A stretch of DNA of 62,787 bases, filler included, from Nemertoderma westbladi (GCA_032718475.1; 3 parts of 3 records of this genome joined end to end with filler, not necessarily neighbours in it); one strand, 5' to 3'. Shown: positions 9,132 to 20,380, numbered from the whole stretch's first letter. Program-made: numbers and translations. Notes: a model not told the origin generated them from the letters alone.

Positions 9132-11924
9132 CTAAGGTGCTCCCTCTAACAGGCAGTTCTCCCACTGCCCCCCTGTAGGACCTCTAACTCTTCGCCCCGC
9201 TCTCCTTGTCAATTCCGACTCTCTTGGAATTGACCTTCCCTTTTCTCCTGTCTTTAAATTTGGAAAGTGCTGCCTATTCTCTATGTCTCTGATCTCCTCG
9301 TGGTTGTCCCTTGGCGGCAAAGTGCCACCCTTCAACTTGTCGTTCGGCGGTATAATGCCGCCCCTGTTTTCATCCTTAATCTTAGATGCCACCTCTGCTG
9401 GCCTCCCCCTTAATATGTGTGCTGGCATTAAAGGCCTCGATGACCCCCGTTCATCCTTCGGCATATACCATGTCTGCCCATGTAATGCTCCCTCGCACTC
9501 TGTCAGTCCCGCGTGCGCATGCAACACGCCTCCTACTTTCCTGACTCTTTTATTATGTTTACTCATGGGCTTCTCTGCCCCTGGTCTAATCCTCTCACAT
9601 CCTCTCCCTTTCCATCTTGTCTTCTTACTCGACCTCCCCCTTGTCGGTATGCCTCTCAATTGGACCGGCGTCTCTTCCGGACACTCCTCTGAACACTCCT
9701 CCGGACACTCCTCCGGACTATTGTCCTCCTGACACTCCACCGGACACTCCTCCGGTTTGTCCTCCGGACATCTCGCCGTCCGCTCCTCTCCATCTCCATA
9801 CCGATACTTGCTGGGACCCTTGTTCCAACCCATTGTCTCTAAATCTTCTGCATCCAAGCCATTCTCCTCTGCCCACTCTCTTGGTGTTGCTTCCACTTCT
9901 AGCTGTCTCCCCCTATCGCCCATCTCTGGTTTCTCCTCTACCCCTTCAACAGTCCCTGGCACCATGCACCCTGAACTCTCAGACACATGGAATGGTATAT
10001 TGGTTTTGATTGGGCCGGTCAGCGTCCACCCGAATGGTATTAAAATCGCCACCGGGTCACACTGCCTGTCTTCGCCGAATACCGTTTGCATTCTCTCGTG
10101 GGCCGTGGGGCAGTCCATTCCTACTATAATGGATACCTTCCTAACGTCCACCTCTGGGATTGAGAAGTCGATACTGTCCAGGAACTTGTATTGTTCGACC
10201 TCGATGTTGGTTGGCCGCCTGGCGTTGATATTTATCGACTCTATCACCTGGATGGGGTCGATGGTCGCCCCGTAGTCGCATCCCGGTGCTATTGCTGCTA
10301 TCGCACACCGTCCGGTCCTCATCTCCAGGACCTCATCTTTGCTGGAGATGGTTGTTACCGCCATTTTACTTGGCCTCGTTCTCAATCCTATCTCTTCGGC
10401 CACCCAATCCTCCACTAATGTGAAGGCTGCTCCACTGTCGACCAGCATCAGTGTGGTCACTGATCGATTGCCTTCCCCGATTACTCGCACCGGTACCACC
10501 CCGAGTAGTACCGTTCCTCTCTTCTTTGCCCCTACGGTGCTCGTTGCCATCGTCTGTCCTTTACTCTGACCGAACTTAATTGGCGTTTCCTTGCATTGGT
10601 TAGCTCTATGTCCATTCATCACACATCGCGAGCAGATTTCATTCCTTCTCGCGTATTCTACCTGATCTTCCCTGGGTAGTGCTTGCCAGTACCTGCAGTT
10701 CATGGTCTGATGAAGTGTATTTGTATGTAGCTGGCATTTGCTCTTTGGGTTGTAGCCATCCTTATAAAGTGCGTTGCATATCGCACTTGTATTTGTACCA
10801 AAGTCCCTACTATTCTTATTGTTTGGGTTCGGCCTTGCGTTGGGGTTATGTTTATTTGTGTTGTTATTTTTCCCCTGTCCGCTCCATGATGTGGTCTTAC
10901 CCCCGGCTACTTGTGGACTGGTAGTCCCCTGCGTTGCTGCGTACGGCAGTGACTGTCTGAGCTTTGGCAATGCGTTCGACGCGTTGTGCTCTGGTTTCGG
11001 CCTGTGGTAATCAGCCTTTGGTCCCTTTCCCAGGCTATCCTCGCTATAGACTGGGTCCGTTATTAGTTCAGCTTCATAGTTTAAGAAGCTCGACATCTCT
11101 TCTAAACCCGGTTCCGCACCCTTCCTATCTCGAGTGGTGAAAGCGATTTTCCTCCACTTATTGCGCAGCCAAATCGGTAGTGCCTGCGCTATCGTAGTGA
11201 TGTTGTTAGACTCGTTGAGTTCGTATGGCGCGTCCAGCGTCTTTAGTACGATTAGCGCCTTCTCGACTTTGTTAGCGAATGTCTTTATGCTAACGGGGTT
11301 ATCCTGTAGGCCACCCGATGTTATACCTCTCAGGGTTTGCCGGATGATCTTGGCCGGGTGCCCGTATTCCCTGTCTAACGCCCGCCATGCCGTCGTGAAG
11401 CCACCCTCAATGCACTGGTATTGCCTCACGATGTCGTATGCTGGGCCTCCTGTATACACTTGTAGATACTTTAGGCACTCCGCCTGCGTCAAATTCTTTG
11501 TTAATATTTCATTACTATACATGCGCCGAAACTGTAGGTATTCTTCCGGCCTACTTCCATTGAATTTGAATGGTTCCACGGGTGGTAACTCGATCCTGGT
11601 CTTTAATGCATCGATTAACGTGGCCATTCCCATCGCTTGCGCCTCCAATGGGTTCGATGGATGCTGTATAGGTTCTCCCGTTGGGTGCGGTCCATTCGTC
11701 CTGTCTGCCGCTTTCCTCTGACTTGGATATATCATTGGGGGTAACGGCCCCCTCCATATTTCTGTGTCGCACGATCTATTCTCGTCCAAGGGGTTCGATG
11801 TTCTTACTCCTATTGGGGTATATTGTTGATATTGTGATGGGGGAATGTCACCCTGCCCCCCCCCCCCCCCCCTACCGGTATGTTTGCTACTGGGGTTGAT
11901 GTTAATATATTGGGGCCCATGCAC
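9132..11924 (-). CDS. BEL/Pao-type Gag plus aspartic protease, pol truncated
   Basis: LPPVEPFKFNG..YLQVYTGGPA..LDREYG (DUF1759-like), Cys/His knuckles, LLGVVPVRV..LVDSGAAFTLV, PVAILIPFGWTLTGP. No YxDD or integrase motifs follow. Confidence 0.85.
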   Translation of the reverse strand: MHGPQYININPSSKHTGRGGGGGQGDIPPSQYQQYTPIGVRTSNPLDENRSCDTEIWRGPLPPMIYPSQRKAADRTNGPHPTGEPIQHPSNPLEAQAMGMATLIDALKTRIELPPVEPFKFNGSRPEEYLQFRRMYSNEILTKNLTQAECLKYLQVYTGGPAYDIVRQYQCIEGGFTTAWRALDREYGHPAKIIRQTLRGITSGGLQDNPVSIKTFANKVEKALIVLKTLDAPYELNESNNITTIAQALPIWLRNKWRKIAFTTRDRKGAEPGLEEMSSFLNYEAELITDPVYSEDSLGKGPKADYHRPKPEHNASNALPKLRQSLPYAATQGTTSPQVAGGKTTSWSGQGKNNNTNKHNPNARPNPNNKNSRDFGTNTSAICNALYKDGYNPKSKCQLHTNTLHQTMNCRYWQALPREDQVEYARRNEICSRCVMNGHRANQCKETPIKFGQSKGQTMATSTVGAKKRGTVLLGVVPVRVIGEGNRSVTTLMLVDSGAAFTLVEDWVAEEIGLRTRPSKMAVTTISSKDEVLEMRTGRCAIAAIAPGCDYGATIDPIQVIESININARRPTNIEVEQYKFLDSIDFSIPEVDVRKVSIIVGMDCPTAHERMQTVFGEDRQCDPVAILIPFGWTLTGPIKTNIPFHVSESSGCMVPGTVEGVEEKPEMGDRGRQLEVEATPREWAEENGLDAEDLETMGWNKGPSKYRYGDGEERTARCPEDKPEECPVECQEDNSPEECPEECSEECPEETPVQLRGIPTRGRSSKKTRWKGRGCERIRPGAEKPMSKHNKRVRKVGGVLHAHAGLTECEGALHGQTWYMPKDERGSSRPLMPAHILRGRPAEVASKIKDENRGGIIPPNDKLKGGTLPPRDNHEEIRDIENRQHFPNLKTGEKGRSIPRESELTRRAGRRVRGPTGGQWENCLLEGAP

Positions 11925-14815
11925 CTATCCGCAATAATTCTCCCCTCCCCTGGGTATATGTTATGTCCTTGCATGCTGTAGTCATACTGCTGTGCTGGTA
12001 CCGGTATAGGCCTATCCACTTCTGGCCTACCTGCCGGTATGTACTCCGCGACTTCCGGGTTTAATCCCGTCATTCGCGCTATCCTATCGCCTACATTATC
12101 TCTCCCAGCATGGTCTATGGTATGTGCAGTAAGGCCTACAGTATGTCCTGCAGTCTGTATGTGTTGCTCGGGATCAAAGTTTAATCTTCTCGAATAATCC
12201 TCCCCGCGGCTACCGTATTCTCGATCGGTAGGTATATCCCGTCGGGAAGTTTCTCTTTGACCCCCTCTACTGCTCTGGTCCTCATGCCGGTACATCCTGT
12301 ACCCCTCTCCCTGCGCGTAATACGCCTTGTCAGGTCGCGTCTCCCCGGGACGATGGCAATCTCCCGAAGTTCGACCCCATTGGCTCTCCGTCTCCATCTC
12401 TACTACCGACGGCTCGCTATCCGTCCTCGCCCTCCTATCGTTCGCGACGACACTTCTTCTACTCTCTTCCTTTCTTCTCTCTGTAGTGCAGTATCCCCGG
12501 TTGTGAGATCTCTCGTCGACCTCCCGGTTAAACTCGACTGTTCTTCTTCCCTCTTCTGATTGGGCTCGACGTCTCGTCGCTCGCCCTCTCGCGACGTCAA
12601 CCTGCTTCTCTCTGCTCTATCGCACGCCACTGGGGATACTCGTAATCCCCCTAGTATTCTCCATCGCCGGGTGCTGCGGTTCACCTAATTCGCCCCATGC
12701 ATTATCCGCCGACGCTTGTGGGACACTCTTTGCCCCCCCCCGCTCACCGCTAATCTCTCGTAGTGGGGCTCCTGTAGCCCCCCCCCCCCCCACTCGCCAC
12801 CTATTACTTCACTATCTTTCACTTCACCTCCACACCCCTCTCTAGTCGACACATTAACCCCACTGCGGCTGGGTCTACTCACCCCCGCCTCTCTCTCTGC
12901 TACTGTGTGGCCTACCAGGCCCTCTACTTCCTGCCTACTAACTACGTGGCCTACCAGGCCCTCATCGGGTTCACTCAACCCCACCACCTCCTGCTACTAA
13001 CTACGTGGCCTTCCAGACCCTCATTGGGTTGACTCAACCCCGCCACTTCCTGCCTACTAACTCCGTGGCCTACCAGGCCCTCATTTGCCGGGCTATGCAC
13101 ATCCGTCACGCTCATATTAATAGCACCATTATCAGTATTATTTGTTAAATCGATTAAATCCTCCAGATCAATTAAATTATTTTGCATGCCTAAATCAGAA
13201 ACGGGATTATTTTGTTTGTTCGAAATAAGATTATTTGAATTATTTTGCGTATTTATATTATTTGAATTATTTTGTAAATTCAGATTTAGATTATTTAAAT
13301 TAGGACTATTCGGATTATTTAAATTAGTATTATTATTCGAATTACTTGTATTTAGATTTAAATTACTACTACTAGGTAAAATATTTCCTGCAATGAAAGT
13401 TTGGTTAGAATTATCCAATACGGTACTATTAATATTAACGTTATCTACTGTATTATTATTACCCCCCCCCCCCCCCCCCCGCCCGTACGGTCACACCAGT
13501 CCTGGGTCTGTCGTGCGGTCCCTGTAAGTGGGGTATTAATAAACGTTTCCTAACTCCCGGCTCCTCGTAAATACTCGAGCCAGTCTCGCTCTCTGATAGC
13601 CCCATCTGCGCCAGTTCTAGTCGGCGTTTCTGTTTGGCTTGATATTGAATAAGCCCCCTCAGGCGGGCATGCAAATCATCCCGCACACGCTTCCCCGTTG
13701 CCTCTCTCTCCAGATCCTCCCGCGCACTCTGATCGGCTAATTCCGCCTCTCTCGCAACCCTCTTGAGTCGTCTCGCCTCGCGCTCTCTTCGCTCACTCTG
13801 CTCTCTCGCCTCACGCTCTTCACGTCTATTCTGCTCTCTCGCCTCACGCTCTTCACGTCTATTCTGCTCTCTCGCCTCACTCGCCGCCTCGCGCTCTTCT
13901 TGCTCCTTCCTTTCTATCCTCCCTATTTCCTCGCACTCCTTAAAGCTTCTCGCGACCTTCTCGGCCCTCTCTCTGTTCTCTCTAACCAGTTCTTTCTCCT
14001 TCTCTAATAACGCACTCCCTTCCTCTAACTGTCTCTCTAATTCTCTCTGGTCTAGCGCCGCCAGATCGAGCTGGCACGCCAGATCTATTTCCCGCACCCG
14101 TCTTTCTTTTGCGGAGGATGTAGCAGACTTATCGGTCGCGACGGACTCCCGTCGCCTTCCCGTCCTACTAACTTTCCCGGACTTTCTCGGAATTTTCTCC
14201 GACCGACGAGACCGAATCCTCAGGGTTAACCTCGGATTCACTCTCCTGCGGTATCCTCCAACCCACCAATTTTACTCCCCGGGCATCGACTAAGTATGGC
14301 CCTACGTACACTACGCTAGGCTCCATACCCCTACATTCCCATAGTTCAAACAGTTCGCTGGCAACCCCTCTCGCTCGCTCATCGGCTAGTTCTCCCTGCC
14401 CAAAGCGCATTAAGTAATCAAAATGTTTATTCGACTCACCTAGCCGCTTCTTTAACTTCACCTCGTCTATCTTCGCCCCTCCTTTGGCTTCTCTCAGTTG
14501 CTTTCGGGTCGCGGCGCAGGCTCATCGGAGCCGGTCGCTGACCCCGACGTCCTCATCGCCGACGTCTCCTTTATCCCTCTGTGTCCGGCGTCGTACCGGC
14601 GGCCCCACCGACGCCGTTCCGGTGGGCCATCCGTCGCCCTCAGCCTGTGGCTGGCCGGCGACTTCGGCACGTCGACCGCCGCTCTGTGCCGACTCGTCTC
14701 TCTCCTCTCCCGACTCGTCGGGAGTCGTGGGTCGGTACCGTCGCGTCGCGGCCTCGCGGATCATTAGGTCGCCGTCTGGGGTCCGCGGCGGTGTCGTCTC
14801 TCTTTCTCGACTCAT
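11810..14815 (-). pseudogene. Fragmented N-terminal extension of gag (coiled-coil, Asn-rich and EGLVGH-repeat segments)
   Basis: A chain of same-strand ORFs starts at the ATG 66 nt past the 5' LTR. It is broken by a TGA at 14522, by frameshifts and by long G homopolymers. Confidence 0.55.
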
Positions 14816-14881
14816 ATTGTCTGACTGTCAGTTAGAGTTTGGGTTCTAATCGCTTAGGGCAGCAGTAAGTGATGTAATCAC

Positions 14882-15452
14882 TGTGACGGGATCCACCGAG
14901 GATCCCGGTTTATCCGGTGTCTAATCTACGCGTCCCTGCCGTGTGTATGTGAAAAGAGTTCTGAGTTGTTGATTGATCGATGTATATAAACATAAGGGTA
15001 TGATATAATCGGATAAGATATAGCACAGTTAAAGTGAATGATGGAGTGTACTGGTAAAATGGCTTAATATTGCTGACAGTAGACGGAGATGGTGATTAGA
15101 GTTCCGGTACTGCCCTAACTAACTGACTTACTGAAGTGAATGAATTGGCACAACGAATGATAATATATATTGCACTGGTTGGCCGCATTACATTACTCAG
15201 TGGATGCCTTCCCCCCATTGGCTAACAACTCACTTCTCGCCTCCCATCTCTCTGGGAGTGTTTTCCCTCCCCACTGCTGTTATTCTCTCCCTCGGAGGTA
15301 TAACCTCTGACCCCCTTTGTGTGTTCCCCTGGGGCCTGTTGTCCCCGTTTATTGGGGTGACACGAGGTTGATTGGTGATCAACCTCGTGCTCCCAATATT
15401 GCTTAAAGCCAACTTTGTGTGGGCCTGGTTAGCGGAATTGAATACGCTAACA
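14882..15452 (-). repeat. 5' LTR
   Basis: Direct repeat of 4013-4583, followed by the TSD CTGCG. Confidence 0.95.
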
Positions 15453-15615
15453 CTGCGACAAATTTCGGTAATAATACAGTAAACATAATTTTTTTCTTTG
15501 GCTTTAGCTGTTTTTCATCCAACAACTATAGACTCTTATGAAATCTACTATCATGAGAATAAATGTGCTGCTTCTGTTGTTAATGCCAAACGAGAGGTTT
15601 CACCCCAACCCTGTA

Positions 15616-16690
15616 AACTGAGATATTTCTCTACAGAGGGGGTCATACGTTGAGTCCGCGCCCAGTGAGACTCTTTAAACTGAGATATTTCTCTACAGAG
15701 GGGGTCATACATTGAGTCCGCGCCCAGTGAGACTCTTTAAACTGAGATATTTCTCTATAGAGGGGGTCATACGTTGAGTCCGCGCCCAGTGAGACTCTTT
15801 AAACTGAGATATTTCTCTATAGAGGGGGTCATACGTTGAGTCCGCGCCCAGTGAGACTCTTTAAACTGAGATATTTCTCTACAGAGGGGGTCATACATTG
15901 AGTCCGCGCCCAGTGAGACTCTTTAAACTGATATATTTCTCTATAGAGGGGGTCATACGTTGAGTCCGCGCCCAGTGAGACTCTTTAAACTGAGATATTT
16001 CTCTATAGAGGGGGTCATACATTGAGTCCGCGCCCAGTGAGACTCTTTAAACTGAGATATTTCTCTACAGAGGGGGTCATACATTGAGTCCGCGCCCAGT
16101 GAGACTCTTTAAACTGAGATTTTTCTCTATTGAGGGGGTCATACGTTGAGTCCGCGCCCAGTGAGACTCTTTAAACTGAGATATTTCTCTACAGAGGGGG
16201 TCATACGTTGAGTCCGCGCCCAGTGAGACTCTTTAAACTGAGATATTTCTCTACAGAGGGGGTCATACATTGAGTCCGCGCCCAGTGAGACTCTTTAAAC
16301 TGATATATTTCTCTATAGAGGGGGTCATACGTTGAGTCCGCGCCCAGTGAGACTCTTTAAACTGAGATATTTCTCTATAGAGGGGGTCATACATTGAGTC
16401 CGCGCCCAGTGAGACTCTTTAAACTGAGATATTTCTCTACAGAGGGGGTCATACGTTGAGTCCGCGCCCAGTGAGACTCTTTAAACTGAGATATTTCTCT
16501 ACAGAGGGGGTCATACATTGAGTCCGCGCCCAGTGAGACTCTTTAAACTGAGATTTTTCTCTATTGAGGGGGTCATACGTTGAGTCCGCGCCCAGTGAGA
16601 CTCTTTAAACTGAGATATTTCTCTACAGAGGGGGTCATACGTTGAGTCCGCGCCCAGTGAGACTCTGTAAACTTAAATATTTCTCTACAG
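15616..16690. repeat. 62-bp satellite, about 17 copies
   Basis: AAACTGAGATATTTCTCTACAGAGGGGGTCATACGTTGAGTCCGCGCCCAGTGAGACTCTTT with a few recurrent variant sites. Confidence 0.95.
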
Positions 16691-17507
16691 GGGAGTGACC
16701 CATTTAATTTTCTGTTTTACGTTTAATTTTCAGGATTATTAAATCTATTTAAATAATAAAGAGCCCGTATATGGGCCATTGATGTGTTTTTTTTTTACAC
16801 AGGAGGTGGGGTCTGGTAAATATTGCTGTATTGGGTCGGTAGTCGGAATATATACTAATATAAATAATAAAGTAGTAATATAAATAACTTGATAATAATA
16901 TAAAGTATCTAATAGTAATATAAAGAAACAATATCAATAACGCATGGGTTGAGGACCCATCAAATGTAAAAAAAACAGACATTGGAAAAAGAAATCCCTG
17001 CCCAGGAAAACCCCCATATCAGTCGCTATTGCAGCCCTTGACATCAATGTAAATGTAATGCAATGTACTTTTAGCTACATGGTGTGTGTGTGTGCTTTAC
17101 ATTTTATTTGGACATACAGACAGTCGGAGAGACCTTACAGAAATAGTCTTACAGAAATTTAAGAAAATGAATTGAAATTCAATATTATAGCCTGTATAGT
17201 CCAACCAAAATGTATATTGCACTTTATTCAAACTTATATTTCATTTTTTGATGAGTTGAGTTTGAGTATGCCATTTCAAAATGTTGACTTCAATTTCAAA
17301 CACAGTAACCCCCATCATCTTATTAGTATTTTACGGTTTGTTTACGCAGTCTGAGCACTGCTGCTTGATTTTTCCAAGAAAAATCGTTGATTGATGTCAC
17401 CATTGATAAAAAAAACGCATGGAGAGTGTACTGACAAAATAACAATCAGTTTACAAGTAAATATAAATACAAAGTCGGCCCACTAAATTTAGTGGACTGC
17501 TCAACTA

Positions 17508-17661
17508 TTTTTTGGACGTCCATAAATTAGTTTTTGGACGTCCATAAATTCGTTTTTGGACGTCCATAAATTAGTTTTTGGACGTCCATAAATTAATTTT
17601 TGGACGTTCATATATAGTTTTTGGACGTCCATAAATTAATTTTTGGACTTCCATAAATTAA
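17508..17661. repeat. 22-bp tandem repeat TTTTTGGACGTCCATAAATTAG, cut by the gap
   Basis: About 7 units. The same repeat occurs inverted at 3668-3735. Confidence 0.85.
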
Positions 17662-17761
17662 NNNNNNNNNNNNNNNNNNNNNNNNNNNNNNNNNNNNNNN
17701 NNNNNTTAATTAATTAANNNNNNNNNNNNNNNNNNNNNNNNNNNNNNNNNNNNNNNNNNNN
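17662..17761. other. Assembly gap/linker
   Basis: 100-nt N run with central TTAATTAATTAA (stops in all six frames). Confidence 0.98.
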
Positions 17762-18624
17762 TTAGCGCCGAGAGTGGGCGAGCGAGAAGATGTCAGTCAG
17801 AAGAGAGAAGAAGATTAGTAGAGTTTAACCGAGAGGTCGAAGAAAGAAGAAGATTAGTAGAGTTTAACCGAGAGGTCGAAGAGAGAAGAAGTGAAGATAA
17901 TAGAAGAGTCGTTGCTAGGAGCAACCGGAGAGCGAGGACGGATAGCGAGCCGTCGATAGTAGAGATGGAGTTAGGGAGTCAGTGGGGTCGAACTTCGGGA
18001 GATTGCCGTCGCCCCGGAGAGACGCACCGCACGCCAGGAGAGGGGTACAGAGTGTACCGATACGAAGACGAGAATAGAAGAGGGGATCGAAGAGAAACTT
18101 CCCGACGGGATATAGCTGCCGATCGAGAGTACGGTAGTCGCGGGGAGATTCGAGATTCGAGAAATTGAACTTCGGTTCGGAAGGGCACATGCAGACTGCA
18201 GGACATACTGTAGGCCTTACTGCACATACTATTATAGGCCATGCTGGGAGAGATAGTGTAGGCGATGGGATAGCGCGAACGACGGGATTAGATCCGGAAG
18301 TCGCGGAGTACATACCGGTAGGTAGGCCAGAAGTGGATAGGCCTACATCGGTACCGGCACAGCAGCATGACTATAATATCCAGGGACACAACATATATCC
18401 AGGGGAGGGGAGAGTTATTGCAGATAGATGTATGGGCCCCAATATATTAACATCAACCCCAGTACCAAACATACCGGTGGGGGGGGGGGGGGGGGGGGGG
18501 GGGGCAGGGTGACATTCCCCCATTACAATATCAACAATATACTCGAACAGCAATAAGAACATCGAACCCCCTGGACGAGAACAGGTCGTGCGACACGGAA
18601 ATATGGAGGGGGCCGTTACCCCCA

Positions 18625-19791
18625 ATGATATATCCGACGCAACAAATCCCAGTCTATAGTGAGGATAGTTTGGGGAAGGCACCAAAGACCGAATACAACA
18701 GGCCTAGACCCGAACATAATCCGACAGACCCATTCTCAAGAGTAAGACAGTCACTACCACATGCGGCCACACAGGGGACTGCTAGTCCACAGTTAGCTGG
18801 TAGTAGGGCCACACCGTGGCAGGGACAGAAAGAAAATAACACCACAAATAAACACAATCCCAACATACCCAGTAGGCCGAGTCTAGATAACCAAAACACT
18901 AAATCGGTAGATATAAACCTACGCGCGATACGTGAAGGACTATACAGGGAACGCTATAATCCAGGATTCGAATGTCAATTACATCGGGACGGAACCCATA
19001 AGACCATGAGTTGTAAGCACTGGCAAGCGTTGCCCAAACAAGATCGTATAGCCTACACAGACGCAAACGGACTATGTCATCGATGTGTGGTAGAAGGACA
19101 CAGATCCGGAGAGTGTAGAGAAACAGCAGTTAGAGAGTCCGAGACTGGAGGCCAAACAATGGCTACAAGCACGACAGTGGCAAGAAAGAAGAGAAAAGTA
19201 CTACTCGGGGTAGTACCAGTGAAGATATCAGGAGAGGGCGGTCGATCAGTAACGACATGTTACCATGGGTGCATGTTACCAGGCACCGTAGACGCAGAGG
19301 ACGCAGAAGAGAGACCAGAAACGGTAGATGAGCCAGATGGGGAAGTAGAAGTAAGAGAGTGGATTAAGGAGAATGGATTTGACGTGGAAGACTTAGAGGC
19401 AATGGGATGGAACAAGGGTCCCAGCAAGTATCGGCATAGAGATGGAGAGGAGCGGACGGCGAGATGTCCGGAGGACAACCTGGAGGAGTGTCCGATGGAG
19501 TGTCAGGAGGACAATAGTCCGGAGGAGTGTCCAGAGGAGTGTCCGGAAGAGACGCCGGTCCGGTTGAGAGGCATACCGACAAGGGGGAGGTCGAGTAAGA
19601 AGACAGGATGGAAAGGGATAGGATTACTATTGTACCTTCTGTTTTGTCTGTTCTTTCACTTTCTTTTCATTCTGCCGCCGGGAGACAACAAGGTGGGAGG
19701 TGGCATTTTGATGCCAAGAGACGAGGAAGTTAAGAAGGCGGCGGAGAGACCCGATTTTAGGGTGGCGGAAGAGGGAGAAGGCGGCGGGTAA
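18625..19791 (+). CDS. Deleted gag derivative: knuckles kept, capsid-like and protease cores missing
   Basis: MIYPTQQ|IPVYSEDSLGK and GRSVTT|CYHGCMLPGTV join segments that are far apart in the 930-aa copy. Confidence 0.65.
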   Translation: MIYPTQQIPVYSEDSLGKAPKTEYNRPRPEHNPTDPFSRVRQSLPHAATQGTASPQLAGSRATPWQGQKENNTTNKHNPNIPSRPSLDNQNTKSVDINLRAIREGLYRERYNPGFECQLHRDGTHKTMSCKHWQALPKQDRIAYTDANGLCHRCVVEGHRSGECRETAVRESETGGQTMATSTTVARKKRKVLLGVVPVKISGEGGRSVTTCYHGCMLPGTVDAEDAEERPETVDEPDGEVEVREWIKENGFDVEDLEAMGWNKGPSKYRHRDGEERTARCPEDNLEECPMECQEDNSPEECPEECPEETPVRLRGIPTRGRSSKKTGWKGIGLLLYLLFCLFFHFLFILPPGDNKVGGGILMPRDEEVKKAAERPDFRVAEEGEGGG

Positions 19792-19819
19792 GGGAGTGTT
19801 GCATATGACATGCCACTAC

Positions 19820-20380
19820 TAGTAGTAGAGTGGTTGTGGGCACCGTAAGCGCCACGTAGAAAGTAGTAGTAGAGTGGTTGTGGGCACCGGAAGCGCCACG
19901 TAGAAAGTAGCAGGAATAGAGAGGTTGTGGGCACCGTAAGCGCCATGTAGAAAGTAGTAGTAGAGGGGTTGTGGGCACCGGAAGCACCACGTAGAAAGTA
20001 GTAGCAGATAGTGGTTGTGGGCACCGCAAGCGCCACGTAGATGGAGGTAGTAGCAGAGGGAGGTTGTGGGCACCGTAAGCGCCACGTAGAAAGTAGTAAG
20101 CGGAGTAGACTTAGTAGAATTAGGAGTTAGAGACTTAGAGGAGTTTGTAGGAGTTGGTTAGAGCTAGTAGAGTTAGAGTTAGTAGAGAGTTAGAGGGTTT
20201 TAGTTAGAGCTAGTAGAGTTAGAGTTAGTAGAGAGTTGGAGAGTTCTAGTAGAGTTAGGAGTTAGTAGAGTTAGGAGTTAGAGACTTAGAAGAGTTAGTA
20301 GGAGTTGGTTAGAGCTAGTAGAGTTAGAGTTAGTAGAACAGAGAGTTAGATAGTAAGTAGTTAGTAAGTTAGAGAGTTAG
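19820..20380. repeat. Six 44-50-bp repeats followed by a GTTAGA-rich low-complexity tract
   Basis: Core GGTTGTGGGCACCGNAAGCGCCACGTAG six times, then AGAGTTAGT-type repeats. Confidence 0.85.

Larger units (their letters stand above)
4013..15452 (-). mobile_element. LTR retrotransposon, BEL/Pao-like, non-autonomous (no RT/RH/IN), with cargo ORF
   Basis: Two 571-bp TG..CA LTRs. TSD CTGCG at 4008-4012 and 15453-15457. Polypurine tract GGGGGGGGAG on minus before the 3' LTR. Pao-type gag and protease inside. Confidence 0.92.

Noticed and set aside
11855-11872. G homopolymer frameshifts in gag as programmed frameshift sites (also 18478-18503)
   Set aside because: Long G/C runs occur throughout the window and their lengths are error-prone; cannot be separated from sequencing error.
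5353-14849. Plus-strand ORFs inside the LTR element
   Set aside because: Antisense shadows of GC-rich gag and cargo coding sequence; no motifs.
15616-16690. Possible hammerhead ribozyme or CRISPR array
   Set aside because: No CUGANGA core on either strand and no unique spacers.
17662-17761. TTAATTAATTAA within N runs
   Set aside because: Artificial contig linker; adjacency across either gap is not evidence of linkage.
19820-20100. CRISPR-like look: conserved core with variable gaps
   Set aside because: The gaps are short and similar to each other, there are no cas genes, and the array lies in a eukaryotic LTR element.
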